IMG/VR virus record: IMGVR_UViG_3300032318_001284
Location: 1-62,494 of that record
Origin: a virus
Lineage: Duplodnaviria > Caudoviricetes
Direction: 5' to 3' (one strand)
Length of the DNA stretch: 62,494 nucleotides
In this document: in pieces, positions 20,301 through 28,761 of the stretch
How positions within the stretch are numbered: position 1 is the stretch's first letter
How the letters are laid out: every line of letters starts with the position of its first letter
Translations under genes and position numbers: made by a program
The notes under the pieces: model-generated
Told to the model about the DNA's origin: nothing
Databases searched by the model: none
What the model saw: only the letters and a program-made list of their open reading frames with translations

Positions 20301-20934
20301 GGGCAACGAGACGTTCATCACCGACATCGACCTGCCCGGGATCGACGTGGCCAACTACTTCGATCCGTTCAGCTTGCAGGAAACTGTCGGCAATCTTGCC
20401 GCCCAGACATCCCCGCCTATACAGGGTCTTATGTCTCTGGCTACGGGGCGTGACTTGTTCTTCGACCGACCGCTGGACGAAACCAGCACGCCGGCAGACA
20501 GGGTTTACAAGGCGATCACGGGCGACCCGCGAGGGCTGTCGCCAACCGCCAAGGTGCTGGCCGGTCTAGTGCCGGGAACGCAGGTGCCGCTGGCTTTTGC
20601 CGGCACGATGCTTGACGAGAGAATCGCAGACCCGATGGCCCGTCTGGCCAAGGGAACGCTCAACGTGTCGAGCGGCCTGAAGGTCAACACGCAGACCAAG
20701 GAATCGGAGATTTACGATCTCCAGCAAAAGATTGCCAAGGAGTTGGCTCCGGTAAACTACACGTTCGTCAAGCAGTACATCCCAGAAGAACTGGAGCCGA
20801 CGCTTACCCCACGCGAGCGTGCGCTGAACCGGCTGTCTGGCGAGAAGGCGCAGGAAGCCATCAAGCTGCGTGAACGCCGACGCAGGCAGGAAAGAATCAA
20901 GGAACTGCTGGCCCGTGGAGGACTTGGTCAGTGA
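17392..20934 (+). CDS. Large putative ejection (DNA-transfer) protein
   Basis: 1180 aa; LGAEIITDPL, LVDYQSLTLTERKWMRSVFPWWAY and GRDLFFDRPL motifs typical of large podoviral internal proteins. Confidence 0.75.
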   Translation: MLPTLDELLGQGGGLPSLNQASLSLDAQAPALPSLQPQARSRQGGSPGLSPDEQQYWMRKLAQQSGQFIETLGLALDTPGAIARGYLAGDPDSGFTFDNDQRTSGIELLDKMGVAPENPYLRTAAGLGAEIITDPLFWISGPTGAMTKAGAAAKRAGVLKNAPVAYMQKYGTEAAENTMRGGYITDMFEKGFVPKTSGNYQAVSPVGQRLAQSKVTLEDVIGASSAPDEAMKNVLTALGGQAEYDRLKGDTLGGLFGLNVGPVNMAFTPSGSDNVLDAMDYLGARARFSYPGRLGAGLFSKANAGAVEAGDQINALRANALEDMYQTRGQTEATKHNLLLTKIPLSDPAKKLLNADTLYSPEGNDMLLRLAEGHGTATDRQILSMTPELQPWLDSWEQISNRQFAERDALGLNGNYYKDEFGTKYNPRYGDEFQFDEAEQGTGRLLYSASEAEAYGRRDYLKTPGGTDALRKISTLPDIIEYSKPGSKITDEQAAQTVMDWFNTNHPGEMVGQPVERGVDARTGAAIMGPNPQALKIARVMARRAQDLPPGTPVFAAHPANTQARRIISHEVNKSRAVFLLEALSESAVEGSKTQLEGRWRNLGESWDEIGKRAGFKSQGDGLHDDAIMSMKRAIAAASGDPAASTDLSKIDLSKYSVPERVVRRLQKVADFYAAPSAQKEVAGFLDGWTKLFKGFVLATPRRFVRDYYSNAVSGFLETGNAPKQLAAMYNASKIVNGDYAGAMDTLRTIPRYTGLADEQIKDAFIMDVGGNGVLSGLSSSELLSSARSGEMGQLIPGSTPISITKGLGELVPDANTSLSQRIKNFGSVYGVTDQYDTQNPILRASSTINDTVDSVGRLGTFIHLLQQGVSPAEAADRVKRALVDYQSLTLTERKWMRSVFPWWAYNSRIGKYAAESLMERPGGAYGQMIRASNTIQQPDEDTYITENLRRRFAVRMPDALTDMLGLTQPGNETFITDIDLPGIDVANYFDPFSLQETVGNLAAQTSPPIQGLMSLATGRDLFFDRPLDETSTPADRVYKAITGDPRGLSPTAKVLAGLVPGTQVPLAFAGTMLDERIADPMARLAKGTLNVSSGLKVNTQTKESEIYDLQQKIAKELAPVNYTFVKQYIPEELEPTLTPRERALNRLSGEKAQEAIKLRERRRRQERIKELLARGGLGQ

Positions 20935-21086
20935 GCGACACTATTCGCAAACTTCGGAAGCCGGGGCTGTGGGCCAACATCCACGCCAAGCGAGAGAGGA
21001 TCGCTGACGGGTCTGGGGAGAAAATGCGTAAGCCGGGTGACAAGGGGGCGCCGACCGCCAAGGCATTGAAGGATAGCCAGACATGA
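20931..21086 (+). CDS. Small basic phage protein (not in the ORF track)
   Basis: GGAGG RBS, GTG start; KPGLWANIHAKRERI..GSGEKMRKPG.KGAPTAKA; 4-nt overlaps with both neighbours. Confidence 0.75.
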   Translation: MSDTIRKLRKPGLWANIHAKRERIADGSGEKMRKPGDKGAPTAKALKDSQT

Positions 21087-21349
21087 GCCACGGCAAGAAG
21101 AGTCCGGCATGGCAACGCAAGGAAGGCAAAAATCCCGAGGGCGGGCTTAACGCTAAGGGCAGAGCCTCCTACAACAAGGAGACGGGCGGCAACCTGAAGG
21201 CCCCCGTCAAGAAGGGCGGCGCCGAGCAGGGCAGGCGGCGATCCTTCTGTGCAAGAATGCGTGGCATGAAGAAGAAGCTCACGAGCGCGAAGACGGCGGC
21301 TGACCCCAACAGCCGCATCAACAAGTCGCTTCGTGCGTGGGATTGCTAG
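21083..21349 (+). CDS. Small basic phage protein (DUF6321-like)
   Basis: WQRKEGKNPEGGLNAKGRASYN...RRSFCARM...W.C. Confidence 0.75.
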   Translation: MSHGKKSPAWQRKEGKNPEGGLNAKGRASYNKETGGNLKAPVKKGGAEQGRRRSFCARMRGMKKKLTSAKTAADPNSRINKSLRAWDC

Positions 21350-21377
21350 CGTCGAGACGCCGGCTTTCAAAATCCCA

Positions 21378-21405
21378 TTGACAGCATCTGGCCAGCGCGT
21401 ATCCT
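21378..21405 (+). promoter_or_regulatory. Sigma70-type promoter for the recombination/replication operon
   Basis: TTGACA-16 nt-TATCCT in the intergenic gap. Confidence 0.6.
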
Positions 21406-21423
21406 TTCGCCCCAGTCGCACCC

Positions 21424-22260
21424 GTGGAGGCGAGGATGGAACCATCGTCAATTTCGCATGAGCCGGCCCACGAATATCACGGCTGGCCGGAGACGAGCGC
21501 TTCGCAACTCAAGGAGTTGGCGACAAGCCCGCGAGCGTATCACCAGCGATTCGTGCTGAAGAACGCTCCCGCCAAGGAGAGCGCTTCGCTTTCGTATGGC
21601 ACGCTCTTGCACCTGTGGCACGAGGTTGGACCCGAGGCGTTTTGGAACCGGGTTGTGGTGGCGCCGGCGGATGCCGTGACGGCCACGGGGCAGTTCGGCA
21701 AGGCCGCTCAGGAGTGGTTGTCAACCCTCCCCGAGGACGCCATTCCCATCAGCCCTGCGGACGCCGGCAAGCTGCGTCCGCAGACAGACGAGATACTGGC
21801 CAACCCCGCCTCCGCTGAACTGCTGGCCCAGCGGGTTGACTCCGAGTTCAACATCAAGTTCACCCGCAACGGCCACGCCTGCCGCTGCCGCGTGGACGGT
21901 GCCACTGCCTCCGTGTTCTACGACCTGAAGACCACGCGGGCACCAGACCCAGCCTCGACATTCGACTACGAGTGCAAGGAGTGGAAGTACCATTTGCAGG
22001 CCGCTCTCTACGGCATGGCGGCGGTATCGGCGGGGTGGCCGAAACAACCCATGCAGTTCATTGCTACCAGCAACATGTACCCGTACCACTGTGCAGTCAT
22101 GGTGCTGCCTTCAGAGGTAATGAAGCTAGCGGAGAAGCAGGTGGACGCATTGCTGCGGGAGCTAGACCAGCGGCGTGCGCTGGATTGGTGGACTCCACGG
22201 GGATACGGGGAAGTTATCGAGATGCCCGCTAGGGCTTTCATCAAGGGGAGGGGATGGTAA
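21424..22260 (+). CDS. RecE/exonuclease VIII-like PD-(D/E)XK nuclease
   Basis: SASQLK, GTLLH, RCRVDG, YDLKTT and YHLQAALY motifs. Confidence 0.88.
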   Translation: MEARMEPSSISHEPAHEYHGWPETSASQLKELATSPRAYHQRFVLKNAPAKESASLSYGTLLHLWHEVGPEAFWNRVVVAPADAVTATGQFGKAAQEWLSTLPEDAIPISPADAGKLRPQTDEILANPASAELLAQRVDSEFNIKFTRNGHACRCRVDGATASVFYDLKTTRAPDPASTFDYECKEWKYHLQAALYGMAAVSAGWPKQPMQFIATSNMYPYHCAVMVLPSEVMKLAEKQVDALLRELDQRRALDWWTPRGYGEVIEMPARAFIKGRGW

Positions 22261-22889
22261 TGACTAGGCAGACGCATGTCTACCAAGAGTGCAGCCAAAC
22301 GTCCGAGCTATTGGACGAAGCTCTGGCAAAAGCACAGGGTGAATTCAAAAAGGTCCGCCGCAATAGGGAGGGCCCATACGGCTGGTTTGCAGACCTCTCT
22401 GCCATGGAGGACGCCACCAAGCCGGCGCTGTCCAAGAACGGGCTCAGTGTGCGGCAGACGTTCGTAGTTAACGATGATCGGTCCATGACGCTGGTGACGA
22501 GGTTGTCCTGCAAAGGGGAGTACACCACCAGTTGCATCCCGATCCCGTTCTTCGCCAACCCGCAGCACACGCATTCGTACTGCACGTACATGGCACGGCT
22601 TGGCTACAGCCGCATCCTGTGCCTGTCGGTCGATGACGCCAGCGACGGCGAAGACCTTCCCAGCGAGGACGATCCTCCGAGCCCGCAGTCGCAGAACCCT
22701 CCCGACTCAGGCCCTGACCTCGCCGCCATCAAGTCCGCGTTTGCTCAGGCCCCGGACGCTGATCGCGTGACGGCGTTGTGGAAGCGAGTGGGCGAGTTAA
22801 CGATGAGCAAGGCCCAGATGACGCAGGCAGAGAAGGCCCGCGATGCAGCGTTAGCTCGCCTGTCAAAGTCTAGGGAGAAGCAGCCATGA
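22254..22889 (+). CDS. erf: ERF-family ssDNA annealing protein
   Basis: ALAKAQGEF, ADLSAM...KPALSKNGL..RQ, TYMARLGY and D.DGE motifs; adjacent to the exonuclease. Confidence 0.85.
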   Translation: MVMTRQTHVYQECSQTSELLDEALAKAQGEFKKVRRNREGPYGWFADLSAMEDATKPALSKNGLSVRQTFVVNDDRSMTLVTRLSCKGEYTTSCIPIPFFANPQHTHSYCTYMARLGYSRILCLSVDDASDGEDLPSEDDPPSPQSQNPPDSGPDLAAIKSAFAQAPDADRVTALWKRVGELTMSKAQMTQAEKARDAALARLSKSREKQP

Positions 22890-23329
22890 TGCCCGGCAAC
22901 GAGTACATCGAGGCGAAGCAGCGAATGCTACTGGTGGCGGAAGTCTCGGACCTAATGCTGCGAACGCCAGACAAACTGCGTTTCGATGACGAGATGTTTG
23001 CGCTCGTGATGAAAGCCATGGCATCAAACCGCGATGACGTTCGCACGGTGTTCGCGGAGATGGACATGCTTCGGGCCTCTCTCGGGTTGCCCGTCGTTCC
23101 AGAAGGAGTGGTGTCAGATGCAGCCGGTGGATCACCTGTGGAATCAGTGCGGCCAATGGCCGGTGCCGGTGGTAGCCAAGCAGCAGGGGCTGACGCCGGC
23201 CCAGCTACTGGAGAAGTTCCAGACGGCGGGTCTGATGGGAAACGGACCAAAAGACCCAAGCCCCGCCGAAATAAAAAGGGCGACACTGGAACTGCAAAGC
23301 CAGTGGACCCCGGAGATATGGCAGGCTAG
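22886..23329 (+). CDS. Hypothetical protein; its C-terminal tail overlaps the next gene
   Basis: ATGA coupling to erf; RBS GGAG. Confidence 0.6.
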   Translation: MMPGNEYIEAKQRMLLVAEVSDLMLRTPDKLRFDDEMFALVMKAMASNRDDVRTVFAEMDMLRASLGLPVVPEGVVSDAAGGSPVESVRPMAGAGGSQAAGADAGPATGEVPDGGSDGKRTKRPKPRRNKKGDTGTAKPVDPGDMAG

Positions 23330-23363
23330 GTGGGTGGGGAGGCGAGATCGTTCGGTTCGCTAG
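23118..23363 (+). CDS. Hypothetical protein with DPSPAEI...W motif
   Basis: AAGGAG RBS at 23103, ATG 23118; protein-like sequence in an alternative frame. Confidence 0.6.
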   Translation: MQPVDHLWNQCGQWPVPVVAKQQGLTPAQLLEKFQTAGLMGNGPKDPSPAEIKRATLELQSQWTPEIWQARWVGRRDRSVR

Positions 23364-23393
23364 GTTAGTAGGTTCCGCGAAGGGAGTCGCACG

Positions 23394-24962
23394 ATGATCG
23401 AGTCAGACACGCAATGCACGCTGTTCCCTACCGGCAAGCCGCTGCCGCTGCATCTGCGTCCCTACCAAAGGGAAGCCATCGACAACATTCGGCTGTCAAT
23501 AAATGCGAGTGGGCGTACACTGGCGGTGCTTGCCACTGGCACTGGGAAAACAGAGATCGCTGCGGAACTGATTCGGGAGTGCAAGAAGGGGGCGTTGTTT
23601 ATTGCCCCTTTGATTCAGCTAGTTAGTCAGACAGCCCAGCGGCTGCGAAGCCGGGGCATCGAGTGCGGCGTCGAACAGGGGGGATCACGTTCGGACGAGA
23701 AGGTCACGGTCGCGTGCTACGCTTCCTTGCTTTCACGCAAGCGCTGGGAGCGGTACATTGACACGGTTGACCTCATCGTCGTGGATGAAGTTCATACCAA
23801 CTTCTCCAAACGCGCACTGGAGATGCTTACCAACCTGACGCAGGGAGGGGTCAGGTTGGTCGGGCTGACTGCTAGCCCGGAGCGTGGCGGCGGCGACCCG
23901 CTCACCAGCTACTACGGAAACGTGGGGTTCTACTACCCCATCAGCCAAGCCACGGCGGACGGCTGGCTTGTCCCGGCCAAGGTCTGGCTATCGGTTATCG
24001 AGAGCATCAACCTCTCCATCCCGAATCTGAAAGGCCCGAAGTTCGGAGATTACAACTCCGAGGAACTGGCCAAGATCATGGCTCAGGAGCAGACCGTCCA
24101 AGAGATCGCATCGCTTGTGCAGCAGCACTACGAATGCGAGCCGTCTGTCGTGTTCTGCCAAGGCATCTTCCAAGCAGAAGCCCTGCGTGACAATCTCCAG
24201 CGCCGGGGAATCCTGTCGGCAATCGTTCACTCCAAGATGGACGATGTCGAGCGGCGTGCCCACCTGAACGACTTTGAGGACGGCACGGTCAGCATCATCT
24301 TGAACGTCGGTTGCCTAACACTTGGCTGGGATTATCCGCCCGTGCGGAAACTGTTCATCGCCAAGCCGACGAAGTCCAAGGCCAAGTACGTGCAGATGTT
24401 CGGCCGTGGAACGCGGCCCCTGCCCGGCGTGGTGGATGGGTTTGCCAGCGCCGAGCTACGTAGGAAGGCTATCGCAGAATCTGCCAAAGGATTCTTTGAG
24501 GTCTTCGACATTACGGATAGCTCTCGCCATTGCGATCTGTGCAGCAGCCTTGATGTCCTCCAGCCAAACCTAGAACGCAAGCTGATGGCTCGTGTCCGCA
24601 GGAAGCAGGAGGGCGGCGGGCCCATGACGGCCGCACACCTCGACCCAATCATCGAGGAGGAGCGAGCCGCCGAGGCCGCAGAGCAGCACGCGCGCGAGCG
24701 TCTGGAATGGCACAGGCGTGCCGGCTTGGTCGGGCACGCCCGGTTCGGGAACTACGAGCGTGACATGATGGCGGAAGCGGAGGCCCGCGACCGCCGCCCG
24801 CCGGTGACGCACATGCCGTTCGGCAAATACAAGAGACAGCGGCTGGATAGCATCCCGCTGCCGTACCTGTGGTGGATCGTCAACAAGTCCGAGTGCCGTG
24901 ACCGCAGGGTTTTGGAAGCCTGCAACGGGGAGATTGCTCGACGCAGGACGGGGATGGAATAG
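23394..24962 (+). CDS. Superfamily 2 (ResIII/DEAD-like) helicase with DUF3820-like C-terminal domain
   Basis: LRPYQ, ATGTGKT, VVDEVH, LTASP, QMFGRGTR; C-terminal MPFGKYK..L..IP..YL.W. Confidence 0.93.
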   Translation: MIESDTQCTLFPTGKPLPLHLRPYQREAIDNIRLSINASGRTLAVLATGTGKTEIAAELIRECKKGALFIAPLIQLVSQTAQRLRSRGIECGVEQGGSRSDEKVTVACYASLLSRKRWERYIDTVDLIVVDEVHTNFSKRALEMLTNLTQGGVRLVGLTASPERGGGDPLTSYYGNVGFYYPISQATADGWLVPAKVWLSVIESINLSIPNLKGPKFGDYNSEELAKIMAQEQTVQEIASLVQQHYECEPSVVFCQGIFQAEALRDNLQRRGILSAIVHSKMDDVERRAHLNDFEDGTVSIILNVGCLTLGWDYPPVRKLFIAKPTKSKAKYVQMFGRGTRPLPGVVDGFASAELRRKAIAESAKGFFEVFDITDSSRHCDLCSSLDVLQPNLERKLMARVRRKQEGGGPMTAAHLDPIIEEERAAEAAEQHARERLEWHRRAGLVGHARFGNYERDMMAEAEARDRRPPVTHMPFGKYKRQRLDSIPLPYLWWIVNKSECRDRRVLEACNGEIARRRTGME

Positions 24963-25418
24963 GCCCGGTTGCCATGGATGGCCTGAAGTTCGGCTTGCCG
25001 CCTAACCGCCTGTAGCAGGGCGAGAGCGGCCCCTGCGGGGGCACGACAAGAGCAAGCGCACCCGCTGTTGACCCACCCCTCCCGGGGTAATCCAGCGGCA
25101 TGTGGAATAAGCCCGGTATGCTGCCGACTCCAGCCCGGACTGAAAGGCCAAGCGGCCCATCCACACGGGGCGAAGGTTTGAAGGCCAGTGAACCCCGTGA
25201 AAAACACGCACTGCCCGATCTTGCCCGGCTCCGAAGGGTGCCTGTCAGGGCCGACTCTCCCATAACAGGGGGAGTCGGTCTGCCCTCACCCAAGGGTGCC
25301 GGCTCAAGGAATTGTCGCGCATTTCCCGCATGTAAACTGCCCCCCAAAGTGCAGCCTAACAGCATCAGCCTCAATCTTCAGATTCACCACTATCGTTAAC
25401 TACAAGCGAGAGGAAGAA
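24963..25418 (+). ncRNA. Candidate structured non-coding RNA or replication-origin element
   Basis: No credible ORF; several stems, including a ~90-nt nested hairpin at 25220-25308. Confidence 0.4.
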
Positions 25419-25736
25419 ATGGCGAGACTCGGTTCTGAACTGGACCCGATAGACTACGAGCCGAAGGGAAATGCAGTGATTGCCGCGACCAACAGCCCCA
25501 CTTGCAAGACCTGCCATTTCTTTGAGAGGATTGCCGGCCGCTACGACAACAAGTACGGCCGGTGCTTACGCAATCCGCCCCAGTTCGTGGAGTATTCCGC
25601 GCTGAACGGAGACTGGCCGGTGATCAAGGAAGACCAATGGTGCGGAGAGCATGATCAACATTCAGACGTTTCGCGGCGCAGACCTCCCGCCATTCCTAGC
25701 TCAGGGGATGGTTCCTCTAACGAACCGAAACTCTGA
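25419..25736 (+). CDS. Small Cys-rich phage protein
   Basis: CKTCHFF...GRCLRNPP...WP....WCGE; GAGG RBS. Confidence 0.75.
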   Translation: MARLGSELDPIDYEPKGNAVIAATNSPTCKTCHFFERIAGRYDNKYGRCLRNPPQFVEYSALNGDWPVIKEDQWCGEHDQHSDVSRRRPPAIPSSGDGSSNEPKL

Positions 25737-26094
25737 CCACAGCAGGTGGCTCACGGCAATCGGTGATGACGGCAAGTACGAGGGACTGCCGTCCGACCTG
25801 CTCTACTCGGTCTGCGAACTGGATGACAGCTTCGACATCGTGCCCATCGGATGGGCCAGCCTCTACGTGTGGAACGGGATTCCTTCGCTGGAGGCTTTCG
25901 TCAAGGAGGAGTGGCGTGGCAAAAGGATTGCGTCGGCGTGTGCGGCTACGCTCATCAACTCCATTGGTGTCTCGCTGGAGGAGATCGCGGTCTTCTCCGA
26001 TGAATGCCAAGCGATTGCGAAATGGCTCGGGTGCCAAGGCATCGTCAGGTTCAAGAGGGTCGAAGACGGCTGGATCAAAACAAATGTCCAGTGA
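25651..26094 (+). CDS. GNAT-like acetyltransferase
   Basis: IGWA...LEAFVKEEWRGKRIAS resembles GNAT motif A. Confidence 0.6.
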   Translation: MINIQTFRGADLPPFLAQGMVPLTNRNSDHSRWLTAIGDDGKYEGLPSDLLYSVCELDDSFDIVPIGWASLYVWNGIPSLEAFVKEEWRGKRIASACAATLINSIGVSLEEIAVFSDECQAIAKWLGCQGIVRFKRVEDGWIKTNVQ

Positions 26095-26458
26095 GCTTGA
26101 CCCAAACGAATACATGCTGCTGCACGAGCGGTGTGCCGTCTGCCACTGGCCAGCCCGCCGGCACGGCAGGTGGATGGAACTGCACCACATCGTCGGAGGG
26201 TCAGGCAGGAAGGACTTGTTTGAGAACTGGCTGGCTTTATGCAACCGTTGTCATTTCGCTGTACACAATAAGCTGCCCGGATACGGCGAGATACCGAAGG
26301 GTGCGGTGCTTGCAGCCAAGGAGGAGGAGGACGGCAGCGTTGACATCAAGACGCTGGCCTCGCTACGCAGGAGGAAGGCCCTGCCATACGAACAAGAGCC
26401 GATACCGAAGAAATTCTTGGATGACCGAAGAAAACAGGGAGGATCACCATGGCCATAA
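26084..26458 (+). CDS. HNH endonuclease-like protein
   Basis: CAVC...ELHHIVGG...NWLALCNRCH. Confidence 0.8.
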   Translation: MSSELDPNEYMLLHERCAVCHWPARRHGRWMELHHIVGGSGRKDLFENWLALCNRCHFAVHNKLPGYGEIPKGAVLAAKEEEDGSVDIKTLASLRRRKALPYEQEPIPKKFLDDRRKQGGSPWP

Positions 26459-26997
26459 ACAGCCGCCGCAAGGGGAAAAACGGGGAGCTTGAAGCAGCAG
26501 AAACCCTGCGAAATCTGTTTGGCTGGGAGTGCGCGAGAACCGCACAGCACTGCGGCAATTCCGAGGATGGCGCAGACCTGCGTGTATTAAACACGCCGGC
26601 CCTCTGGTACGAGGTCAAGCGTGTTCAGGCGTTGTCCGTACCAAAAACAATGAAGAAAGCGGTGGAGCAGTGCGGGCGCCGTTGCCCGGTCTTGCTGCAC
26701 CGGACTGACCGCAGTCCGGTCGGCTGGCTACTGACCATCAGACTCTCTGATTTGCCGAGGTTAGCTCATGCCTTTGATGCTGCGGAAGGTGTCTCGCTGG
26801 CTACGCCGCCACTTCCCGACGCGGACCCCGGTCAGGGTCAGGGTCGTGGCCAGCCTGCCGGGAATGCACGGGCTGTGTCACGTAACCGGAGAAAAAGCAA
26901 ACATCCAGATCAGCAAGGCGTCGGAACACATGATGTCCGAGACGCTGCTGGAGGAATGGGCTCACGTACTGCGGCACGAATGCCCGGTTCCATATGA
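26449..26997 (+). CDS. Holliday junction resolvase (Hjc-like PD-(D/E)XK)
   Basis: SRRKGKNGELE, ADL and YEVKR motifs. Confidence 0.82.
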   Translation: MAINSRRKGKNGELEAAETLRNLFGWECARTAQHCGNSEDGADLRVLNTPALWYEVKRVQALSVPKTMKKAVEQCGRRCPVLLHRTDRSPVGWLLTIRLSDLPRLAHAFDAAEGVSLATPPLPDADPGQGQGRGQPAGNARAVSRNRRKSKHPDQQGVGTHDVRDAAGGMGSRTAARMPGSI

Positions 26998-27070
26998 CGG
27001 AGATGACGTTCACGACGCCGTCTTCTGGTCAATCCTCGCAAGGATTACCAAGGAGTACCGAGGGGAATGA
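26777..27070 (+). CDS. Small zincin-like protein (EEWAH variant)
   Basis: TLLEEWAH...HDAVFW resembles the SprT-type HEXXH...H..F pattern. Confidence 0.55.
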   Translation: MLRKVSRWLRRHFPTRTPVRVRVVASLPGMHGLCHVTGEKANIQISKASEHMMSETLLEEWAHVLRHECPVPYDGDDVHDAVFWSILARITKEYRGE

Positions 27071-27151
27071 TCCCCGATGTCGCTGCATGAACACGATGAA
27101 ACGGATCGTTGCAGATTGCCTGACAGACACGAAGCAGGGGGAGGCTAGCCA

Positions 27152-27451
27152 ATGCCATTCAACCAAATCACCAGCCCGCGATCATTCGCCAGAGCCGCAG
27201 TAGACGAGGAGGAACTGGACCCGGTTATTCAGCCGGCCCACTATACTGCACACCCGTCTGGAATAGAGGCGGTCACGATTGCCAGTGGATTCTGTTTTGC
27301 CCTTGGGAACGTCATCAAGTACGTGTGGCGTGCTGGGCTCAAGACCCCCGACCCTTTGCCCGACCTGCGCAAAGCCCGCTGGTATCTGGACTACCACATA
27401 CGGGAGCTAGAGAGGAAGCGAGATGGGGGCGACGGGCGACACGGCGCTTGA
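27152..27451 (+). CDS. DUF3310 (SaV-like) protein
   Basis: DPV..PAHY..GIE...GNVIKYVWRAG.K..DLRKARWYL. Confidence 0.88.
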   Translation: MPFNQITSPRSFARAAVDEEELDPVIQPAHYTAHPSGIEAVTIASGFCFALGNVIKYVWRAGLKTPDPLPDLRKARWYLDYHIRELERKRDGGDGRHGA

Positions 27452-27893
27452 GAGCGTCATTAACGAGGAGTTGGCCCCACTAAACAGGGACGAACTGTAC
27501 GGCATCTGGCGATCACTCTGCGGGCTCATGCTGATGCGGACAGCCAGCCTGCTGAACTGCGAGCCGAACGACCGCCCCTTGATTGCCCGCCAGCGGCAGG
27601 CCGCGCTGCGGTGGGTGGATGGTGCCCCTGCAATCATCACGTTTGCAGCCGTCTGCGAATGCTTCGACGTGGACGAAGACTGGGCGAAAGACGGCCTTAT
27701 GCGGTATGCCGAAACCCGGGGCCAGCCTCCCATAAACAAGGGGAGTTCCGGCAGAAACCCCGTGGGAATACCAAGCCATGCCCTCCATCTCAGAGAAGAT
27801 TTCGATCCTGCTCCAGTGGAGCCCGATCCTGAACTATCTGATCACCATCTCCTCGGCTCCTCCGGGCAGGGATCGGGTCTATCGGGCCCTTGA
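27423..27893 (+). CDS. Hypothetical phage protein
   Basis: A..W......F..VC..FDVD pattern. Confidence 0.6.
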   Translation: MGATGDTALESVINEELAPLNRDELYGIWRSLCGLMLMRTASLLNCEPNDRPLIARQRQAALRWVDGAPAIITFAAVCECFDVDEDWAKDGLMRYAETRGQPPINKGSSGRNPVGIPSHALHLREDFDPAPVEPDPELSDHHLLGSSGQGSGLSGP

Positions 27894-28053
27894 TCTGTTG
27901 GACTTTCTCGCGGCCAAGACCCCGTCGAGCTTCGACAACGATTCATTGGCGCTAGTCCGTGCCGTGTTGCTGACCCCGCAGGGCGGTCAACTGCTAGACT
28001 ATCTGGCAGACAGCCTGCATAAGGCGATCAACACCCCCGGACCGCAGGCGTGA
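27778..28053 (+). CDS. Hypothetical protein, first gene of the putative lysis cassette
   Basis: 91 aa amphipathic; preceded by CCATAAA at 27730. Confidence 0.6.
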   Translation: MPSISEKISILLQWSPILNYLITISSAPPGRDRVYRALDLLDFLAAKTPSSFDNDSLALVRAVLLTPQGGQLLDYLADSLHKAINTPGPQA

Positions 28054-28054
28054 A

Positions 28055-28339
28055 ATGCCAGCCATCAGCCCGCTCGACCTCGCTGTTCTAGCAGTGATTG
28101 CCCTAGTGGCCCTTGCCCCGACTGTGATTTCTTGGGGCAAGAAGTTGGTCGCTGGTGGCATTCCGATGAGGATTCCGGGCTCTGCTCCAGCCGCCGGCGG
28201 TGATGCGTGGAGGAAGCTGTGGGTCCAGAAGCTCATGGAACTTCAGTCAGACCTTGAGGCCAAGCCAGAACAGAAGCCGGCCCTGACGCTGTGCCGGCAA
28301 CTGATCTGGGAAATACTCGGCGGGGGTCCGACCAAGTGA
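28055..28339 (+). CDS. Membrane-anchored protein (lysis-cassette candidate)
   Basis: N-terminal hydrophobic helix LAVLAVIALVALAP. Confidence 0.65.
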   Translation: MPAISPLDLAVLAVIALVALAPTVISWGKKLVAGGIPMRIPGSAPAAGGDAWRKLWVQKLMELQSDLEAKPEQKPALTLCRQLIWEILGGGPTK

Positions 28340-28761
28340 ACCGCCTGCTGCTATGCCTGCTGATCGGAGTCGGCTATCTCTTTGTGAGAGATGGCGAGAC
28401 TGCCAGCCGGCCAACAGTGAAGCCGATAGGCGTCCTCGCGGAGCGCGCGCGGGCGCTCACGAAAGAGGAGAGGGCCGGGCTCTCGGAGGCTTACGCCATC
28501 CTTGCCCGCAGCATCGAGTCCAACCCGGAAGCCGACCCTGTTTACCCCGACTGCGCCGCCGTTCGCCGTGCGCACCGGGCTGCGATACAGGTTGTCTGGC
28601 ACGGCGTGTTTGGAAACCAGCCGGGCAAGTACCCGGGATTGAGGGAGGCGATTGAGGGGGAGGTCGAACGTGGGCTTGGTACGGCGGACGTACCGCTGAC
28701 ACCCGCATTGCAGCAGCAAGCTGCGAAGACCTTCTCTGACATCAGCGCCTCCCTCAAATGA
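28336..28761 (+). CDS. Signal-anchor/secreted protein (lysis-cassette candidate)
   Basis: GTG start overlapping the upstream stop (GTGA); RLLLCLLIGVGYLF. Confidence 0.65.
   Translation: MNRLLLCLLIGVGYLFVRDGETASRPTVKPIGVLAERARALTKEERAGLSEAYAILARSIESNPEADPVYPDCAAVRRAHRAAIQVVWHGVFGNQPGKYPGLREAIEGEVERGLGTADVPLTPALQQQAAKTFSDISASLK

Noticed and set aside
24998-25116. Twister ribozyme (CCGCCTAAC ... AAGCCCGG resemblance)
   Set aside because: I could not find the conserved GGUnnnAAGCC loop or the closing P1/pseudoknot partners, and there is no hammerhead CUGAnGA/GAAA core; kept only as a generic structured element
25100-25399. 99-aa ORF, and the 5' extension of the 25296 ORF
   Set aside because: No RBS or protein motifs, lies over strong hairpins, and the real gene more plausibly starts at ATG 25419 after GAGG
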